From Octopus bimaculoides (Eukaryota), in contig NC_068983.1 of assembly GCF_001194135.2 (NCBI RefSeq), positions 119,350,502 through 119,388,648 of the forward strand: a DNA stretch of 38,147 bases, read 5' to 3'. Below are positions 33,884 through 38,147 of this stretch, in pieces (the first letter of the stretch is position 1; the number at the start of each line of letters is the position of its first letter). The position numbers and the translations under genes are program-made. A model generated the notes under the pieces. It ran no database searches. It was given only the letters and a program-made list of their open reading frames with translations, and was not told the origin of the DNA.

Positions 33884-35881
33884 CAGCACGTGCTACAGAT
33901 GGCTCCTTGCTATTTAATGTGCGACGTGATCTTTTTGGAAATATACTGAACTCCTTTTTTCATCATATTTTCATATTCAATGTAAAAGACGAATAAGAAA
34001 AATTCCAGGCTTTATAGTGATTTATTTGGTTTGAACTGAGTCGCCACTGATTTAAATTACAAGTTAATTCAAAATGTTTATGCTAGGTCTAAATAAGGCT
34101 CTGTTTTCTAGTACTGGGGAAATAAATGATTGTAAGGAGAGGAATTTTAAAAAATTCAGGAAAATAGAGGTATAAGGTTATAGGGAGTGCAGTAAGTGAT
34201 TTAGGTAGCGTTAACTATTGTATGTGTGGCATTATTTACGTCATGTCCATGAATGCAGAGTAACATAAGACACTGAAAGTAAAGTAGTCTTTGTTCGGTA
34301 TGTTTCCTTGAGTTATACCTGGTAAAAAGAATTGAAATTGTAAATTTACACGTAACACTAGTTATTACGCATCACTTGCAACAGTTTCACTTTTCACCAA
34401 AGCAATTGCGCTTTTAATATTTTCGTTTCAGTTTGTCAACCGCAGCAAGCCGCAGAGTCTGTACGAGCCAACGAAGGAGTTTCCGTGTGGCCACCTGACC
34501 TACTAGAAATATCAGTAAAATCTCTCTCAAATCACACCCTGCTATCTTAGAAACGAATACGTTGGATAATGTTGTCTTAGCTTCCTTGCACATACGAAAA
34601 ACACAAGAGGGTCGCGGTTGGAATAACGTTGATCAAAAGCCTGCTCAATCGGAGCTGAGTCATTAAATGGTAAACAAGAAGTCACAGTGACAATTCTATA
34701 GGTGACAATTTTATAGGTGACTATCCTGTAGGGGACTATCCTATTAGTAACTTAGTCACCTAGAATAGTTTTACCTATTAAACATTTCCAAGAAATATTG
34801 AAACAAAAATATATTGAAATAAGTTTTAAAACATTTCTAAGAAAGACCAAAATGAATCGCAAAAGAGTTTAGATTAAGTTAGTTTTACTCTCCATTTCCG
34901 TATTTTTTTTTTTGTCCTTTCTGTGCCTTGTATTATTTTATTGTCACCACACGTCAGCTACACATTTCGGACATGTTATGAAATCTGTCTTTCAATTTCT
35001 CAACTTCATGCGCTTAATGGGCAAGACACTGCAATATTTCATGAACTTTATTGAAGAAAAGGAACTTGAAGGTAAACCCACTGAAGTCACTTTCTACTGC
35101 AATGTGAAAGCTGATTGGTAAGCAGTAATGTCTTGTGTAGTTTTGTGCATCTGGTGGAGCTTATTACTTTTCCTTAAAGAACAGAAAAGATCTTATCCTC
35201 AACTAGAAAAATTATAATAAACAGATGCAAGATCCAATGTTCCGTGTTGCTATTATGAGTAATCTATGAAGTCTCAGCTTCATATTCCTTCACAATGAAA
35301 AGATTTTTTTTCAGATCTGACAAAATTCTTGCTTTCAGAATAAAATGACAGATTTTCAAAGAAATACATCAAGAAAACTTTAGTTATTTTACAAGTCTCA
35401 GTAGAAAAATAAACACGTTCGCTTATGTTTTTTTTTTATAAGAAAGGCTATAAACTGGAAGGATACGAAGATAAATTATATAGATTACTTGATAATTTCC
35501 TAGCCATATTTTATGACTTGTAGAAGCTAATATGTTGCCTTTGTCTTTCTTTCTACATTCACGACTGTGGTCAATATTGGTTGTCCAATTCTTGAACTTT
35601 TAGTTATAGAACCGTCTACTGTAAAAATGGGTCTAATGAAATTAGAAGATATTTGGATCTATAGATGACACACAAATCCTCGTCAACAGATGAATTCCAG
35701 GAACATATCTAGAAATAAAATATCCTGAACTGAAGAAACGTTAATGTGCAACTCATCTTAATTTTCAGTACATCATACTTGCTATGGTTCAGTGTATTCT
35801 GTAATCAAGCTGGAGCTAATAAAACCCATAAAGGAAACCCCAATAGATTTTGGAATATGAGATTTGGGAAATATTAACCTA

Positions 35882-36095
35882 CCTCATTGTTTAAAAAATC
35901 TAGTTAACATTATTTGTAAAGAAATCTTACGTATATTATGTGTCGAAGAATCTTTCAAGCAAGCTGCAAGATATTATACCGATGCCTTAAAAATTTGTGG
36001 CTTTTTAATGCGTCGATAAGATATATTACATACAAAGGCAGAACATTACAAATGCAAACAAGAATAGAAAGAGAATCCCATATGTTTTAATTCAG
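35882..36095 (+). pseudogene. Decayed Penelope-like RT thumb/linker fragment
   Basis: PHCLKNLVNIICKEILRILCVEESFKQAARYYTDALKICGF...NRKR resembles the Penelope-like PPxILKNL...S.EE.F..AA.YY..ALK..G...KRK region (recognised from memory). Confidence 0.5.
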
Positions 36096-36252
36096 TTTAG
36101 TCTAAATATCTCTTTCTAATTTTTTGCATAAATGACAGACATCGAAAACATTACATGGATCTGATCGAAAAAAAAAAAGAATACTGTCAAAGCAATACAT
36201 ATAATTAACGTATACCTGATATCTCAGTCGTAAGTTATTTTCCTTGAATAGT

Positions 36253-36303
36253 TAAAAACAGCATTTCGCCCGACGTGCTAACGTTTCTGCCAGCTCGCCG
36301 CCT
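36253..36303 (-). mobile_element. SINE family B tRNA-like head fragment
   Basis: Minus strand AAGGCGGCGAGCTGGCAGAAACGTTAGCACGTCGGGCGAAATGC. Confidence 0.6.
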
Positions 36304-37877
36304 TTGAAAGAAGTATAATTGAAGTGTCTTTACTTCTATTTATCTCCCACAATATCTACACGTGATTTGATCCGGTTTGTCGTAGGTGACTTCAACGGAA
36401 AGTAGAAGATACTCAAGAGCTACAGACCACACAGAAATTGAACAAAAGATGTCGGGTTATGCAAAAATACATCAAGTGAGAGATATTCACTAAATGTGAA
36501 TAGCTCTTTGCTTTGACTAGTACCTTTAAATACACTGGAGGGTCATAACACGGCCTCAGTGGTGTGAGTGAGTGAATAATTCAATACTTAGCATACACGA
36601 CCTTGAGTTAATGGCTCAGTACTTGAATCTTTACTGACAAAAGTCCTTCTCGCTTCTGAGAACCAACAGACACTCCTGATTCCCTATACTATGCAGCAGT
36701 ACACTTTTTGACATTTTCAGAGCTCTGTCTTATATTTATTTCTATATAGAAAAATAGACCAATACTCGGCTATTAACTTGTAATAATCATAGTTTATGAT
36801 CTTCAGTTTTAACCCAATAACAAGCATTCGTGATCTCATTACATTTTATAATTTGATACCTACAATTTTCAATTTCCTTTTCTCATTTCAAAACAGAATA
36901 TTTTTTTTTTTTACTGCCCCGCTATTTTAGTCATATATTTAAAGTCTTTCCCCTTCTCCGTATTTTTTAATCCTTGGTCGTCGCTATTTCTAGGTGAACT
37001 AATCCACACCTAACAATATTTATTTGAAACGATTTATGCCGTTGACAAATTCTTTTATCCAAAATTCAAGACGGGAGACTCTACTCACTAACAGTATTTA
37101 TACGTTGCAGATAGTTAAAAACTGGTTGGGTCTGTTAACAGATGAGTGTCTGACATATTCTGAGCATAGAAATTGAAGTTACCAAGTATTATCACTAAAA
37201 AGTTACATCGTTATATGCGTGAGTGAGTATGCATGCCAATATGTGTATGCTTGTACACTACGCATTTATGTATATGTATATACAAGCCATTCATATTTTT
37301 AATAACACCTAATTAAATATGACCTAAATATTTCCACACTTCATCTGTCTTTTTCGTCACCCAACCATATATGCAAGATTTCAAACGTGTGTTGTTACAC
37401 TGTGACCGTATCTGATATTCTAGAATGTTTGAGCTTGATGGTATAGTAACACTCGACTTAAATATATATTCTCCAATTTGACGAGCAGTAATCCAAGACT
37501 TTACTTCAGTGATTGCCCTCTGTTAAGGTTTTTCAGCTTCAAAGATCTTAATGTATCGAATTTTTTTTCTCCCGTTTGTAAATTCAAGAATATTTCTACC
37601 TTCATATGTATGTATGCATGTATGTATGCATGCATGCATGTGTATATGTATGTATGCATAGATGTATGCATATATGTATGAATGTATTTATGTATGTATG
37701 CACGCATGCATGCATACGTGTATGCATGTTTTCGTTTTCTTTTTACAATTTAGAGTTAATTTTGACCTGCCATCGCCTGGTAGCAACGTTATGAACGAAA
37801 GCATGTTGCTTTGTTTATCAGCCTTTAAATCTTAAGAAAGTCTTATTACCTTAGATATCGCGATCATTTGCAGTGTA

Positions 37878-38147
37878 AGGAGGAGGAGGAGCAGGAGGAG
37901 GAGCAGGAGGTGCAGCAGGAGGAGGAGCAGGAGGAGCAGTACGAGGAGCAGGAGGAGCAGTACGAGGAGCAGGAGGAGGAGCAGTAGGAGGAGCAGGAGG
38001 AGCAGGAGCAGGAGCAGGAGGAGCAGGAGCAGGAGCAGGAGGAGGAGCAGGAGGAGCAGGAGGAGCAGGAGGAGGAGCAGGAGGAGCAGGAGGAGGAGCA
38101 GGAGGAGGAGCAGGAGCAGGAGGAGGAGCAGGAGGAGAAGCAGGAGG
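37878..38147. repeat. (GGA)n/(GCA) compound trinucleotide repeat running off the window end
   Basis: Read directly. No start codon or splice context identified. Confidence 0.9.

Noticed and set aside
34680-34780. Four or five 15-bp repeats (GGTGACAATTTTATA-like) with a partial inverted copy
   Set aside because: Short degenerate minisatellite with no spacers, so not CRISPR-like, and no function can be supported.
37878-38147. Possible poly-Glu/Gln or Gly-rich coding exon
   Set aside because: Pure trinucleotide mosaic with no unique coding flank, start codon or acceptor.

Overview
AT-rich animal genomic scaffold with many N gaps and dense microsatellites. The SINE families and repeat density point to a coleoid cephalopod, probably octopus (inference from recalled repeat sequences, not a database search). 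The only host gene I can support is one coding exon of GTP cyclohydrolase I (GCH1, minus strand, 10488-10830). It ends at the conserved phase-1 intron and has a candidate CRE+TATA promoter about 1 kb upstream. The rest is transposon-derived: a Tx1/L1-clade retrotransposon inside a tRNA-head SINE (18-bp TSD) that itself carries a V-type SINE (13-bp TSD), a Tc1 element with DD36E spacing, two mariner relics, and Helitron, R4/Dong, Penelope and Tigger-like remnants. The most notable structure is a set of fold-back elements at 24-33 kb. One (24844-25293) consists of two head-to-head copies of a Penelope-like terminal repeat, each carrying a type I hammerhead ribozyme fold. The left copy has an intact core. 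A minimal hammerhead-like motif also lies at 31840-31876.
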